Below, in pieces: positions 46,560 through 56,583 of a stretch of DNA of 64,000 nucleotides (positions are counted from its first letter, which is position 1; every line of letters starts with the position of its first letter). The position numbers and the translations under genes were made by a program. Below the pieces are notes generated by a model. That model saw nothing but the letters and a program-made list of their open reading frames with translations, was not told the DNA's origin and searched no databases. Source of the DNA: a virus; the IMG/VR virus record IMGVR_UViG_3300028596_000009, positions 64,001-128,000 of that record, one strand, 5' to 3'.

Positions 46560-47258
46560 GTGACCGACGACGACACTCAGGTCCGGGCGCGCGCGTTCAT
46601 CCGGGACCTCATTCGCTTGACGATGACCAACCCTTCCGACAGGGACAAGCAACGCCTTCCTGGGCCCAGTGATCTCGCGGATCCCTGTGACGTTTGCCTG
46701 GCGCGAAAGATAGCCCTGGCGTGTGGTATATCCACGCCCGAAGACCACAAGCGGAACTTCTCCCTCAAGGCATGGACGGGTACCGCGACCCACCAGAAGA
46801 TCGAACATGATCTTCCTCGTGTGTACCCCCACGCCGAGCAGGAGATCACGGTCGAGATCGAGGACGTCGAGGGCCTCGGCATGGTCAAGGGACACGTCGA
46901 CCTCTACGTCCCCCAGCACCGCACCATGTGCGACTGGAAGACCACTGACCTGCGGAAACTGAAGACGTATCAGATGAACGGCGTCCCAGCTTCCCACTTC
47001 GGGCAGACGATGCTCTACATGCTCGGGCTGCGCCGTTCCGGCCGCGAAGTCGACACCGCGACCCTGTGCTACATCCCCCGCGACTCGAACAAGGAGTCAG
47101 ATATATGGGTCGCTTCATGCTCCTTCCGAGAGGACGTTGCGGTAGGGTTGCTGGAACGAGCCAGGCGGCTTACGGCCACGGTTCGCGCAGGGGAGTTGGG
47201 CACTCTTGTGCCTGAAGAAGGGTGCTTCCCCTGCACGGTGCAGCCGAATCTGCGGTAA
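46560..47258 (+). CDS. Cas4-like PD-(D/E)XK exonuclease
   Basis: GPSDL..PC..C, GTATH...E, GHVDL, DWKT, Q..LY, CFPC. Confidence 0.85.
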   Translation: MTDDDTQVRARAFIRDLIRLTMTNPSDRDKQRLPGPSDLADPCDVCLARKIALACGISTPEDHKRNFSLKAWTGTATHQKIEHDLPRVYPHAEQEITVEIEDVEGLGMVKGHVDLYVPQHRTMCDWKTTDLRKLKTYQMNGVPASHFGQTMLYMLGLRRSGREVDTATLCYIPRDSNKESDIWVASCSFREDVAVGLLERARRLTATVRAGELGTLVPEEGCFPCTVQPNLR

Positions 47259-47309
47259 CAAAAAGCGCTAGAAAACCACTGGGAATTCTGCATCTTCTGA
47301 GGAGAACGC

Positions 47310-48392
47310 GTGACGCTTCCCGCTGCACAGCCACCCCCGTCCGGGGCCCTGGTGGTCGCCCCCGCCAAGATCCTCACCTCGAACGAGCGGCACGACCTCG
47401 TCAAGTCCCTCTCGGGGTCCACGTTCCTGCCGACGCACTTCAGGAACAACGAGGCGAACATCTTCTACGCGGTCGAACTCGGCCAGTCCTTCGGGCTGGA
47501 GCCGGTCTCGATCATGAAGAACATCCACGTCTTCGACGACGGACAGGGCCGTATCCAGGCCGCCCTCTCGGCGGACCTCATGGTCTCCCTCGCGCGGCGC
47601 GCGGGGCACGTCGTCCACGTGAAGGCCACCAAGTCCAAGGCCATCGCGACCCTCGTGCGCGGCGAACTGCTGACCATGGAGGTCGACCGGCTCAAGGCGC
47701 TGGCCGAACTCGGCCTGCCGCTCAAGGACTACTTCACCTTCGAGGAAGTGTGGTCCGAGGAAGACGCCATGACGGCGGGTCTGCTCGGCAAGGGCAACTG
47801 GAAGAAGTACCCGCGCGCCATGCTCCAGGCCCGAGCGAAGGCCGCCATCGTGCGCGCCGCCGCCTCCGAGGTGCTCATCCAGATGTCCGACGCCTCCGCA
47901 CAGCACGGCGGTCTCATCGTCCACGGCGAGCGCATCATGCCGGTCACCACGCACACGGCCGACGAACTCGGCGACGACTCCTCCTTCGAAGTGGACGGCG
48001 AGATCCGGATCGAGCGCGCCGACCGTGCCTCCAGGAGCAGGACCGCGCCGGTACGGATGAACGCTGACGTCCAGGCCCCGGCGAAGCCCGTCCAGGCGCC
48101 TGCCGCCATCCCGGCCCAGCCCTCCGGCATCCCGAAGCAGACCAACCAGGAAGTCGTCGACTACGTCAAGGCGAACACCGCCACCTCCGTGGCGAAGACC
48201 GCGAACGACATAGCCGAGAACGCCGGGTTCACGGCGGACGACAAGACGAAGCGCCTGATCGCTCTGCACGCCGCGCTGAAGTACCTCGGTCGCCTCACCG
48301 AGAAGATCGAAGCCCCCGAAGGCGTCATGCCCATCGGAGATTTCATCGTCTCGCTGACCACCCAGGTCAAGTCCGCCGCCCCGGCGAAGTAA
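47310..48392 (+). CDS. RecT-like single-strand annealing protein
   Basis: FLP.HF...G...GL.P...NIHV; A..AGL..K.NWKKYP.AML.ARA; follows the exonuclease. Confidence 0.75.
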   Translation: MTLPAAQPPPSGALVVAPAKILTSNERHDLVKSLSGSTFLPTHFRNNEANIFYAVELGQSFGLEPVSIMKNIHVFDDGQGRIQAALSADLMVSLARRAGHVVHVKATKSKAIATLVRGELLTMEVDRLKALAELGLPLKDYFTFEEVWSEEDAMTAGLLGKGNWKKYPRAMLQARAKAAIVRAAASEVLIQMSDASAQHGGLIVHGERIMPVTTHTADELGDDSSFEVDGEIRIERADRASRSRTAPVRMNADVQAPAKPVQAPAAIPAQPSGIPKQTNQEVVDYVKANTATSVAKTANDIAENAGFTADDKTKRLIALHAALKYLGRLTEKIEAPEGVMPIGDFIVSLTTQVKSAAPAK

Positions 48393-48411
48393 CCCCAGAA
48401 GGAGAAGCATC

Positions 48412-49464
48412 ATGACCGACGACCCGTTCGCGAACCTCGGCGCCACCGGCGCGAAGGACGAGCCGCAGGACGCCCCCGCCGCCGTCGCCGTCGCGGAGCC
48501 CAGCTCCGACAGCACGGACCTCGACGACTACTTCGCCACCGAGATGACCATCGGCGAGGAGGAGTTCAAGCAGCCGCAGGAGCGCATCCAGTACAAGATG
48601 CCCGAGGACAAGACGTGGGTCCCCGTCGTCATCCTCGACGCCAAGATCGGCCAGCGCGACATGAACGTGATGGTCGCCAAGGACGGCGAGAAGACCGCCG
48701 AGCTGCGGTCCATCGACCGGTTCGAGCTGGAGTGCCAGCACGCCACCGACGTCTACGGCGAACGTTCCTGGCCGTACCTGCTCTCCGCCCCGGTCTTCGA
48801 CCTGGAGATGCCGACCAAGTCGGGCCGCACCTGGACCAAGTCGTCCGGCCGCAAGCTCCTCGCCGCGACCCGCGTCACCAAGCCGGGCCAGCGCATCACC
48901 AAGGACACGCTCGACGAGCTGGCCGAAGCGATGAAGGGCAAGGTCGTCATGGCCCAGATCCGCATCGTCGAGAAGAAGAACAAGGAGCGCGTCCCGCTCA
49001 AGGACTCCTCCGGCACCATCCTGCGCGCCCGCGTGGACGACGAGGACGAGTACGTGCGCATCGTGAAGAACGACGCGGGCGAGCTGGTCATGGAGGCCAC
49101 CGGCCAGATCTGCCCCGTCGGCGCCGAGTCGCTCCTCAAGGTCGAGGACTACTACCTCATCCCCGATGAGACCGGCCGCATCGTCCACACGATGGAGGAG
49201 ACGATCCGCTACTTCGACAACCTCCAGGACGACGTGGCGCCGGTCCCGAACCGCGACGTGGCGTACACCAGGCTCGACGGCAAGCAGGGCAAGGCTGAGG
49301 TCACCATGGAGACCGTCGGCGCCATGACCACCCGCCCGCTGAAGGTCGGCACCGAGGTCTCCGCCGTCGTCGGCAAGGCCGGTGAGGTCATCCGCCTGTC
49401 GTGGATCGGTTCGGCCTGGAACGAGGTCGAACTCGCCGGGGGAACCGACGTCTTCAAGGGCTGA
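48412..49464 (+). CDS. Hypothetical replication-module protein (possible SSB)
   Basis: Between annealase and primase; strong codon bias. Confidence 0.6.
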   Translation: MTDDPFANLGATGAKDEPQDAPAAVAVAEPSSDSTDLDDYFATEMTIGEEEFKQPQERIQYKMPEDKTWVPVVILDAKIGQRDMNVMVAKDGEKTAELRSIDRFELECQHATDVYGERSWPYLLSAPVFDLEMPTKSGRTWTKSSGRKLLAATRVTKPGQRITKDTLDELAEAMKGKVVMAQIRIVEKKNKERVPLKDSSGTILRARVDDEDEYVRIVKNDAGELVMEATGQICPVGAESLLKVEDYYLIPDETGRIVHTMEETIRYFDNLQDDVAPVPNRDVAYTRLDGKQGKAEVTMETVGAMTTRPLKVGTEVSAVVGKAGEVIRLSWIGSAWNEVELAGGTDVFKG

Positions 49465-49642
49465 AACCGGTCAGGCCCCGAACGGGCCGCCGCCGGAAGC
49501 CAGGTGGTTGAATCGGGTCATAGCCCACACCACTGAGCGAACGGCCTGAAAGAAGGTGAGGGCGGGAGACTTGGATCTCCCGCCCTTACTGGTGGCCGGT
49601 GTCAGGACCGACCGCCAACCGTCGAACGAAGAAGGATCCGCG

Positions 49643-51922
49643 ATGAGCTTTACGTTCTTCGACACCCTGTTCCCGGGACAGAGCAGCGACGGCCAGGATC
49701 TAGGGTACGTGGTTCTGGCCCTGTTTCCCGGAGGAACTTTCGACCCTTCCAAGGGCCCCGTACAGAACCATTTCTTCGCATGGCCGTCCCAGCGTGACGA
49801 GGTCGTGGCGTTCTGCCTGCACAACAGCGAGAGCGACGTCTACACGGTTCCGGCGCTTTTCAAGACGCGTTCCAGCCGCAAGGCCGACAACATCGGGCAC
49901 ATGTGGTGCGTGTACGCCGACGCCGACACCCTGCCGCTGGAGAACCTGAAGGCCGAGCCGACCCTCATAGTCGAGACGTCTCCCGACCGGCACCACGCCT
50001 ACTGGACCACGTCCTCCGACAACCCCGAGGCGCTGACCGCCGTCTCCCGGGCCATCGCGCACACGCACGCCGACCAGGGCTGTGACCCGAGCGGCTGGGA
50101 CGCCGGTCAGCTCCTTCGTGTGCCGGGCACCACGAACAACAAGTACGCGCAGATCGGCCTGGACCCCTTCGAGGTCCGCATCAAGAAGTCCGGCAACCCG
50201 TGGTCACTGGAGAAGCTGGCCGACCTGTACCCGCCGCCGCCGAACGTGGCACGCGATCCCTCGGTGCAGGACATGCCGCCCCGGTCGAAGTGGTACCTGA
50301 CTCCGCAGACCATCGAAGAGTCGTCGGAGATCTTCCACTACAACCCGGACATCTACCAGATGGCCAAATTGGAGCCCCGTCTCGAACAGGACTGGTCCGC
50401 CACCATGTGGCGCCTGCTGTGCGAACTGTCGCGGGTGGGGTGCTCGCGTGAGACCGCGCTGTTCATCGCCAGCGACGCCGAGTGTAACAAGTACAAGCGC
50501 GACGGCAGGCCCACGGAGGAGCTGTGGGTCGAGCTGACCAAGGCGTTCGACGACCCGGCCAACGCTCCGGTCACCACCTCCCTGGAGGCCGCCGAGCGAA
50601 CCCGCCTGGACGCCTCGGCGAACAACCCCGAGAACAAGATGAAGGCGTTCCTGGAGTCCGTGGAGATCCTCCACGCCGGTGAGCGCGAGATGGTCCCCGA
50701 CGACACCTTCGTGGACCGGTATGTGGCCTGGGCGTCCACCCGGACCGACGCGCCCGAGATCTACCACCGGTCCGGCGCCGTCACCATGCTGACCGCGATA
50801 TTCGGGGAGTTCGGCTCCTGCCCCACCAAGTTCGACTCGAACCTGACCCTGTGGTTCCTGCTGCTCGGCCCCACCACCCGGGCCCGCAAGACGACCGCCA
50901 TGATGCTCTGGGTCGACCTCCTCGGCGACCTCGAAGACCACCGGTACAACTACCTACTGGGCTCCGACGTCACCTCTGAGGCGCTGTCCGCGATCCTTCC
51001 CAAGCGCAACGGCCGCACCTCCCTGTTCTACCGCGACGAGGCACACGGTCTGCTGTACGAGCAGGACAAGAAGCGCTACCTGGCCGGTCTGCGTGAGCAC
51101 ATGACCGAGCTGTTCGGTGGTCGCGTTCGCAAAGCGATGCGTGCCTCGACGGCAACCTCCGACGAGGAAGACGCCCACACCGGCAACGTCACCACCAACT
51201 TCGTGATGTTCCTGTGCGGCACCCTGGACCAGGTGACCCAGGCCCTGACGATCGACGACTACCAGTCCGGCCACCTCGCCCGGTTCCTCGTCTCGGAGGC
51301 CGACCCGCCGCCGCTGACCCGTGAGTCGATGTACATCGAGCAGTACGACGGCATCGACCGCTCCGAGGACCCCTGGCGCCAGCGGCTGATCGACGAGCTG
51401 TCCGACGCGCGCGAGTACTGGCAGAACATCACCGTGCCCGGCAAGCTCAAGATGGTGCCGTTCGACAAGGAAGCCTGGAAGCGTCTCCAGGACGCCCGGT
51501 TCGAGATCTACGTGGCGGCACAGAACGACCCTCAGGCCGAGGCCCTGCTGCCGACCATCGACCGCATGGGCAACTCGATGATGAAGTGCGCCGTGCTGCT
51601 GGCCATGTCGGACAAGACGCCCACGGTGCGGATGCGTCACGTCCTGAAGGCGATGAGCCTCTCGGAGGAGTGGTACGCCTCGACGGCGAAGATCGCCGGA
51701 AAGATCATGCACTCCGCCTGGTCCTCCCGCCAGGAAGAGATCCTGAAGGCCATCGGCTCGAACGTGGACGGCATCACGGAGTCCGAGCTGTACAAGCGCT
51801 TCCGCACCAAGATGCAGGAGAAGGAGATCGAGTCCGACCTGTCGATGCTGATCAAGTCGAAAATGATCAACAAGATCATCGAGAAGAAGAGGATCCGATA
51901 CATCCGAGTCAGCAGGATCTGA
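49643..51922 (+). CDS. Primase-helicase (RepB-type AEP primase + DUF3987-like P-loop domain)
   Basis: YADAD, PT..VETSP...HAYW, LLRVPGT.N.KY; GPTTRARKTT, T.EAL, RDE, SG.LARF. Confidence 0.85.
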   Translation: MSFTFFDTLFPGQSSDGQDLGYVVLALFPGGTFDPSKGPVQNHFFAWPSQRDEVVAFCLHNSESDVYTVPALFKTRSSRKADNIGHMWCVYADADTLPLENLKAEPTLIVETSPDRHHAYWTTSSDNPEALTAVSRAIAHTHADQGCDPSGWDAGQLLRVPGTTNNKYAQIGLDPFEVRIKKSGNPWSLEKLADLYPPPPNVARDPSVQDMPPRSKWYLTPQTIEESSEIFHYNPDIYQMAKLEPRLEQDWSATMWRLLCELSRVGCSRETALFIASDAECNKYKRDGRPTEELWVELTKAFDDPANAPVTTSLEAAERTRLDASANNPENKMKAFLESVEILHAGEREMVPDDTFVDRYVAWASTRTDAPEIYHRSGAVTMLTAIFGEFGSCPTKFDSNLTLWFLLLGPTTRARKTTAMMLWVDLLGDLEDHRYNYLLGSDVTSEALSAILPKRNGRTSLFYRDEAHGLLYEQDKKRYLAGLREHMTELFGGRVRKAMRASTATSDEEDAHTGNVTTNFVMFLCGTLDQVTQALTIDDYQSGHLARFLVSEADPPPLTRESMYIEQYDGIDRSEDPWRQRLIDELSDAREYWQNITVPGKLKMVPFDKEAWKRLQDARFEIYVAAQNDPQAEALLPTIDRMGNSMMKCAVLLAMSDKTPTVRMRHVLKAMSLSEEWYASTAKIAGKIMHSAWSSRQEEILKAIGSNVDGITESELYKRFRTKMQEKEIESDLSMLIKSKMINKIIEKKRIRYIRVSRI

Positions 51923-51946
51923 CGCACAGGAAAGAAAAGAGCTGCC

Positions 51947-52882
51947 GTGCCCCGCCGCCCCACCGGACGCGCACCGGGGCGGCCCAGGGGACCCGTCACA
52001 GCGGAAGGAAAGATCGAACGGGCCCGCACCATTCTCCCGGATGTGCGGGCCTTCCCGTTTCTGTGCAACGCCGTCGACCGCTCCCTGGCCGCACCCGACA
52101 CGGTGCTGCGTCGTGAGCAGACCTCGGACTCCCGCAACGTGATTCTCGTTCACCACTACACCCCCGCAGAACGCGGTCAGATCCTGGCCTTCGCCTGGTG
52201 GGTGCACACGAACAGAAGCCGCTGGGACCGGGAAGAACTCCGAGCCGCCGTCATGATCCTGTCTCCGCTGATGATGTTCTCCTCCTCGTTCTTCGAGGAG
52301 ATGTCAGGGATTCCCGGGTCGACAGTCAAGAAAATCATGGTCAAGCCGCCCCAGGTTACGGCCGCCCGTGTCACCGGCACCTGCGACATGGTCGTCATCC
52401 ACCGACTCCTGGAATCCGCAGCTCAGGGCATGGCAGAATACCGGGAGACCGTCCGGGAGTTGTCGATCGCCAAAGGGATTCCCGGCGCGATGCTGGCTCG
52501 AATCTCCGGCATTCCCAGGGAAGTTCTGATCCGTCCCGAGCGAGGAGTCAACTTCTTCGCCGAGAAGCCCGACCTCCTCATGGAGCGCGTCTGCACCGCG
52601 AACCAGCGCATCACGTACATCAGCAGGAACCCTCAGGAAAGGAGAGGATATGACCCACAGCCTGGTAATCAGCGGGCCGTCCGTGATGCCCTCGCAGGTA
52701 CGTATCTGGGTGAATTCTGTGCTACCCATGCTCCCGTACCCGACGACGGCGCGCTTCCGTACCACTTCGCAATCCCTGGGTTCCCCGTTCGGCGTCAGGG
52801 GGATCCCGTCGGAATCGACGACCTGCGAAGGATGCAGGAGTGGCAGATGCTCTACCACCTTCCGATTTCCGCCGCTCTATGA
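51947..52882 (+). CDS. Hypothetical protein overlapping polymerase start
   Basis: 311-aa ORF filling the primase-pol gap. Confidence 0.6.
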   Translation: MPRRPTGRAPGRPRGPVTAEGKIERARTILPDVRAFPFLCNAVDRSLAAPDTVLRREQTSDSRNVILVHHYTPAERGQILAFAWWVHTNRSRWDREELRAAVMILSPLMMFSSSFFEEMSGIPGSTVKKIMVKPPQVTAARVTGTCDMVVIHRLLESAAQGMAEYRETVRELSIAKGIPGAMLARISGIPREVLIRPERGVNFFAEKPDLLMERVCTANQRITYISRNPQERRGYDPQPGNQRAVRDALAGTYLGEFCATHAPVPDDGALPYHFAIPGFPVRRQGDPVGIDDLRRMQEWQMLYHLPISAAL

Positions 52883-55800
52883 CCTGCGCGCCCGCGCCAA
52901 CACCCGCGAGGTCATCCTCGCCAACCTGCTCCGCGCAGTCCGCCACATCGCTGGGGAAGACATACCCAAGCCCGACGGCGTGTACCGGCTGCTCACCTCC
53001 CGCGAGGAAGCCGAATCCTGGATCAAGGTCCGGCAGAAGACCCACGTCCTCGCCATCGACATCGAGGGCGACGGCAACCCCGACACCGTCCACCCCTCCC
53101 GCCACGAGATCCTGTGCCTCGGGATCCACGACGGGGCCGAGACGGTCGTCCTGCCCGAGGAGCTGTTCCTTCCCGGACTGTGGCCCGAACTGGCCGACCT
53201 GCTCGAAGGTGCCGTCACCGTGGCACACAACGGCAAGTTCGACGCCGCCGTCCTCGGCTGGGTCCTGCGGGGAACGAACAACCCGATCCACATCACGCAC
53301 GACACGATGCTCGCCCACTACGCCCTGTGGCCCGCCGGAGGCAACGACGACGAGCATGCCGACAAGTCCTCCACGGCCTTCGCGTACCACGGCCTGAAGC
53401 TCCTCGGCGTCCTCTACAACGGCGTCGAGAACTGGGCGCTGGACCGCTCCGAGTACGAGAACATGCGCTCCGTCCCTCTGAAGCGGCTGTGGAAGTACAA
53501 CGCCGAGGACGTCCAGCACACCCACCTGCTGCTCCAGTTCTTCCGTGACCAGTTCCGCCTGCGGCCCGAGCAGCTCCATGCCTACATGACCGTCTTGATG
53601 CCCGCTTCCAACCACCTCACGTGGCAGGAGGACTCCGGCGTCTGTGTCGATGTGCCCTACGTTCAGACCGAGCTGGTACCCGGCATGACGCAGGAGGTCG
53701 AAGACCTCACCCGGGACCTCATCTACAAGGCGAACCTGATCCTGCCCGGCCACGCGTGGCCCCTGGTCGCGCCCGCGAAACGGCTGCCGGGGGAGACTTC
53801 CAAGGAGGCCCGCCGGTTCAACCCGGGCTCGGCCGACCAGGTCCGCGTCATCCTGGAGAGCCAGGGCGTCGAGCTGCCCGTCGACCGTGAGTCGAAGTCG
53901 AAGAAGGGCTCCACGTCCAAGCGGACCCTGGAGCTGCTGATGCGCGACTCCCGCAAGGGAGACCCGTTCCTCACCAGGCTGCTGGAGCGGCGCAAGGTTG
54001 AGAAGATCCTCGGTACGTACGCCAACCCCCTGGCCACCCGGTCGCACACCAACCACCCCTACCAGGGTCTGCGTGTCTTCCCCGGACTCCACCTGCACAA
54101 GACGCTCACCGGCCGTCTGGCGTCGTCGAACCCGAACATCCAGAACCAGCCCAAGCTGGCCACGATCCGGCGCGCCTACATCCCCTCAGGGCCCGGCCGG
54201 GTGGTCTTCCAGGTCGACTACAGCCAGGCCGAGCTGCGGGTCATGGCCGTCCTCGGCAAGGACCGATTTCTTACCAAGATCTTCAAGGACCCCAGCCTCG
54301 ACGTCTTCGACGGCATGATGCCCGGCATTTTCGCTGACATCGACTTCGAGAAAAACCCCGAGAAATACTCGGAATTGCGTCGTCCACTTAAGGCGTGCGT
54401 CCCGCTCGACACGATGATCCTCACCAAGCGGGGCTGGCTGAAGCACGACGAGGTCCGCATCGGCGACGAGACGCCCGGTCTGACTGCCACCGGTCGTACT
54501 GAGTGGACTCGCATCAGCGCCATCCACCACCCCGGCAAGCAGAAGGTCTACCGCCTCGGACACTCCCGTTGGAGCTTCCTGTGCACCTCCGACCACCGGT
54601 GGGCCGTAGGGAAGCGCAACCGCAGGGCGAACCAGTACGGCGAGCCGGTCATGGTCGAGGCCAAGGACATCACCAAGGACTCGGTGATCTACGTGGCCGG
54701 TGAGCTGGCGGATGAGAACATCTCCTTCCTCACGGACGACGAGGTGCGCATCCTGGCCTGGATCCAGTCGGACGGGTACCTGAAGGTGGCACAGTCCACC
54801 GGTGGCCCCTCCCAGGGTCGTGATGGATCCAAGCGCCAGGTGAACGCTTCGATACAGCAGGCCAAGCCGCAGTGCGTCGAGGAGATCAAGGAGCTGCTGA
54901 GGGACGTTCCGCACGGCGTGGGTGTGCGTCCTGGAGTGAACCACGAGACGGCGTACGACTTCCGCCTCTCCAGCCCCTGGACGCGTGACCTGCTCAGCCG
55001 AGCCAGACTCCTAGACGGAGGGATCGAGGACTTCGTTCTCCGGCTCCCGGCTGCCCAGCGACACATCTGGCTGGACACCTTCTGGAAGGCTGAGGGGCAC
55101 ATGAACGGCAAGGCCCGCTGCATCACCCAGAAGCGCGGCGAGAAGGCCGACGCCATCGCCCTGGCGGGATACCTGTGCGGCTACCGGGTCAGCGTCACCA
55201 CCCACACCAAGGGAAGCGGTGTCGTCAAGATCCTGCTCAGCCACGTGACCGACGTGGGCACCAACACCATGACCATGACCGAGCACTCCGAGGAAGAGGT
55301 CTGGTGCGTCACCACGGAGAACGGTAACTGGACCGCCCGCCAGGGTGACGTGACGGCCAACACGGGTAACTGCGTCTACGGGCTCGCCTTCGCCAGAGGT
55401 GCGAAAGATATCGCGGAAGACCTCGGAATGGAGACCGCCTACGCGCAGGGAATCATCGACGGCTTCCTCTCCTCCGCGCTCGGCGTGACCCGGTGGCGGC
55501 AGGACGTCATCGACCACATCCAGTACGAGATCCCCCTGGTCAGCCGTCTCGGCCGGTACTTCCTCCACCAGCCCGTCAACGACAAGAACCGCGACGACAT
55601 CAACCGCTCCGCCCTGTCGTTCCTGCCCCAGTCCTCCGCCTCCGACTGCTGCCTGCTGGCCGCCGTGGAGCTGGGCAAGCACATCCGCAGCAACGACCTC
55701 GACTGGGACATGAGCGCCCTCATCCACGACGCGATCATCCTCGACGTCCCGCAGGACCAGGTCGAGGAGGCGATGAAGGTCACCGGCGACTTCATGGTGG

Positions 55801-55958
55801 CGTCGGCGGCCAAGTGGTTCCCCGAGGTCCCGTTCGCGGTCGACGGCACATGGGGCTGGTCGTGGGCCGACTTCGACGACAAGAAGCTCCAGAAGAACAT
55901 GAAGACCCTGACCTCCGACGAGATCAAGACGGTCCGCCGCGAAGATCTGGTCGGCTGA
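52650..55958 (+). CDS. DNA polymerase family A with 3'-5' exonuclease, intein-containing
   Basis: DIE, HNGKFD, YNAED; FNPGS..Q, TGRLASSNPNIQN, DYSQAELR, IHDA; AAAGGAGAGG RBS. Confidence 0.95.
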   Translation: MTHSLVISGPSVMPSQVRIWVNSVLPMLPYPTTARFRTTSQSLGSPFGVRGIPSESTTCEGCRSGRCSTTFRFPPLYDLRARANTREVILANLLRAVRHIAGEDIPKPDGVYRLLTSREEAESWIKVRQKTHVLAIDIEGDGNPDTVHPSRHEILCLGIHDGAETVVLPEELFLPGLWPELADLLEGAVTVAHNGKFDAAVLGWVLRGTNNPIHITHDTMLAHYALWPAGGNDDEHADKSSTAFAYHGLKLLGVLYNGVENWALDRSEYENMRSVPLKRLWKYNAEDVQHTHLLLQFFRDQFRLRPEQLHAYMTVLMPASNHLTWQEDSGVCVDVPYVQTELVPGMTQEVEDLTRDLIYKANLILPGHAWPLVAPAKRLPGETSKEARRFNPGSADQVRVILESQGVELPVDRESKSKKGSTSKRTLELLMRDSRKGDPFLTRLLERRKVEKILGTYANPLATRSHTNHPYQGLRVFPGLHLHKTLTGRLASSNPNIQNQPKLATIRRAYIPSGPGRVVFQVDYSQAELRVMAVLGKDRFLTKIFKDPSLDVFDGMMPGIFADIDFEKNPEKYSELRRPLKACVPLDTMILTKRGWLKHDEVRIGDETPGLTATGRTEWTRISAIHHPGKQKVYRLGHSRWSFLCTSDHRWAVGKRNRRANQYGEPVMVEAKDITKDSVIYVAGELADENISFLTDDEVRILAWIQSDGYLKVAQSTGGPSQGRDGSKRQVNASIQQAKPQCVEEIKELLRDVPHGVGVRPGVNHETAYDFRLSSPWTRDLLSRARLLDGGIEDFVLRLPAAQRHIWLDTFWKAEGHMNGKARCITQKRGEKADAIALAGYLCGYRVSVTTHTKGSGVVKILLSHVTDVGTNTMTMTEHSEEEVWCVTTENGNWTARQGDVTANTGNCVYGLAFARGAKDIAEDLGMETAYAQGIIDGFLSSALGVTRWRQDVIDHIQYEIPLVSRLGRYFLHQPVNDKNRDDINRSALSFLPQSSASDCCLLAAVELGKHIRSNDLDWDMSALIHDAIILDVPQDQVEEAMKVTGDFMVASAAKWFPEVPFAVDGTWGWSWADFDDKKLQKNMKTLTSDEIKTVRREDLVG
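54396..55370 (+). mobile_element. Intein (325 aa) with LAGLIDADG endonuclease in polymerase motif B
   Basis: KA|CVPLDT.ILTKRG, CTSDHRW, LAWIQSDG, FWKAEG, VWCVTT.NGNW.AR...TGN|CVYG. Confidence 0.93.
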
Positions 55959-55968
55959 GGAGAAGACG

Positions 55969-56583
55969 ATGGACTACCCGTACTACCTGACCGCCATGGA
56001 CCCCGGCGGCACCACCGGCCTGACCCTGAACAGGATCTCGGACGAAGACTTCGTCCTGGTGGACAGCGCCGCCGTCCCGTACCGGAAGGACACCACCGGG
56101 CCGGTCGGGAAGATGAAGGAGTGGGTCGAGGAGCACTCCGATCACCCGCACATCCTGGTCTACGAGGACTTCCACGTCCGCCCCGTACGCGGGCCGGTGG
56201 ACACCACGGCCATCAACGTCATCAGCGAGGTGAAGAGCTGGCTCGCCGAAGGGGACCAGAACCAGGAGCTGGCCGAGATCCACGGACTTCTCCAGGGGTT
56301 GAAGCAGTTCGTCCAGATCGGCGGGCAGTCCGTCTACACGGCCATCATGGAGCGCATGGCCACCCTCTACGACTCCGAGGTCACCGGTCCGTACCGGATG
56401 GTGCTGCGGCAGACACCGACGGAAGGCAAGCGCATGGTTCCCGACGACGCGCTGAAGCGGGCGGGGATGTGGCTCTCCGGGCCGGACGCGCAGCACATGA
56501 GGGACGCACAGAGGCATGCGGCCACTTACCTCGCCAAGAGGAAGTACATGCCCCTGTGCCGGATCGCGTGGCCCCGGGACTAA
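55969..56583 (+). CDS. RuvC-like Holliday junction resolvase
   Basis: AMDPGGTTG, VYEDF, QTP...K, H.RDA.RH. Confidence 0.75.
   Translation: MDYPYYLTAMDPGGTTGLTLNRISDEDFVLVDSAAVPYRKDTTGPVGKMKEWVEEHSDHPHILVYEDFHVRPVRGPVDTTAINVISEVKSWLAEGDQNQELAEIHGLLQGLKQFVQIGGQSVYTAIMERMATLYDSEVTGPYRMVLRQTPTEGKRMVPDDALKRAGMWLSGPDAQHMRDAQRHAATYLAKRKYMPLCRIAWPRD

Noticed and set aside
46560-47258. Cas4 as evidence of CRISPR-Cas
   Set aside because: Stand-alone phage exonuclease next to a RecT-like gene
3708-55927. Long minus-strand ORFs antisense to + strand genes (e.g. 3708-5411, 28786-30279, 52722-54098)
   Set aside because: Shadow ORFs expected from high GC3; no motifs. Only the Rep and PKD genes were accepted on minus here
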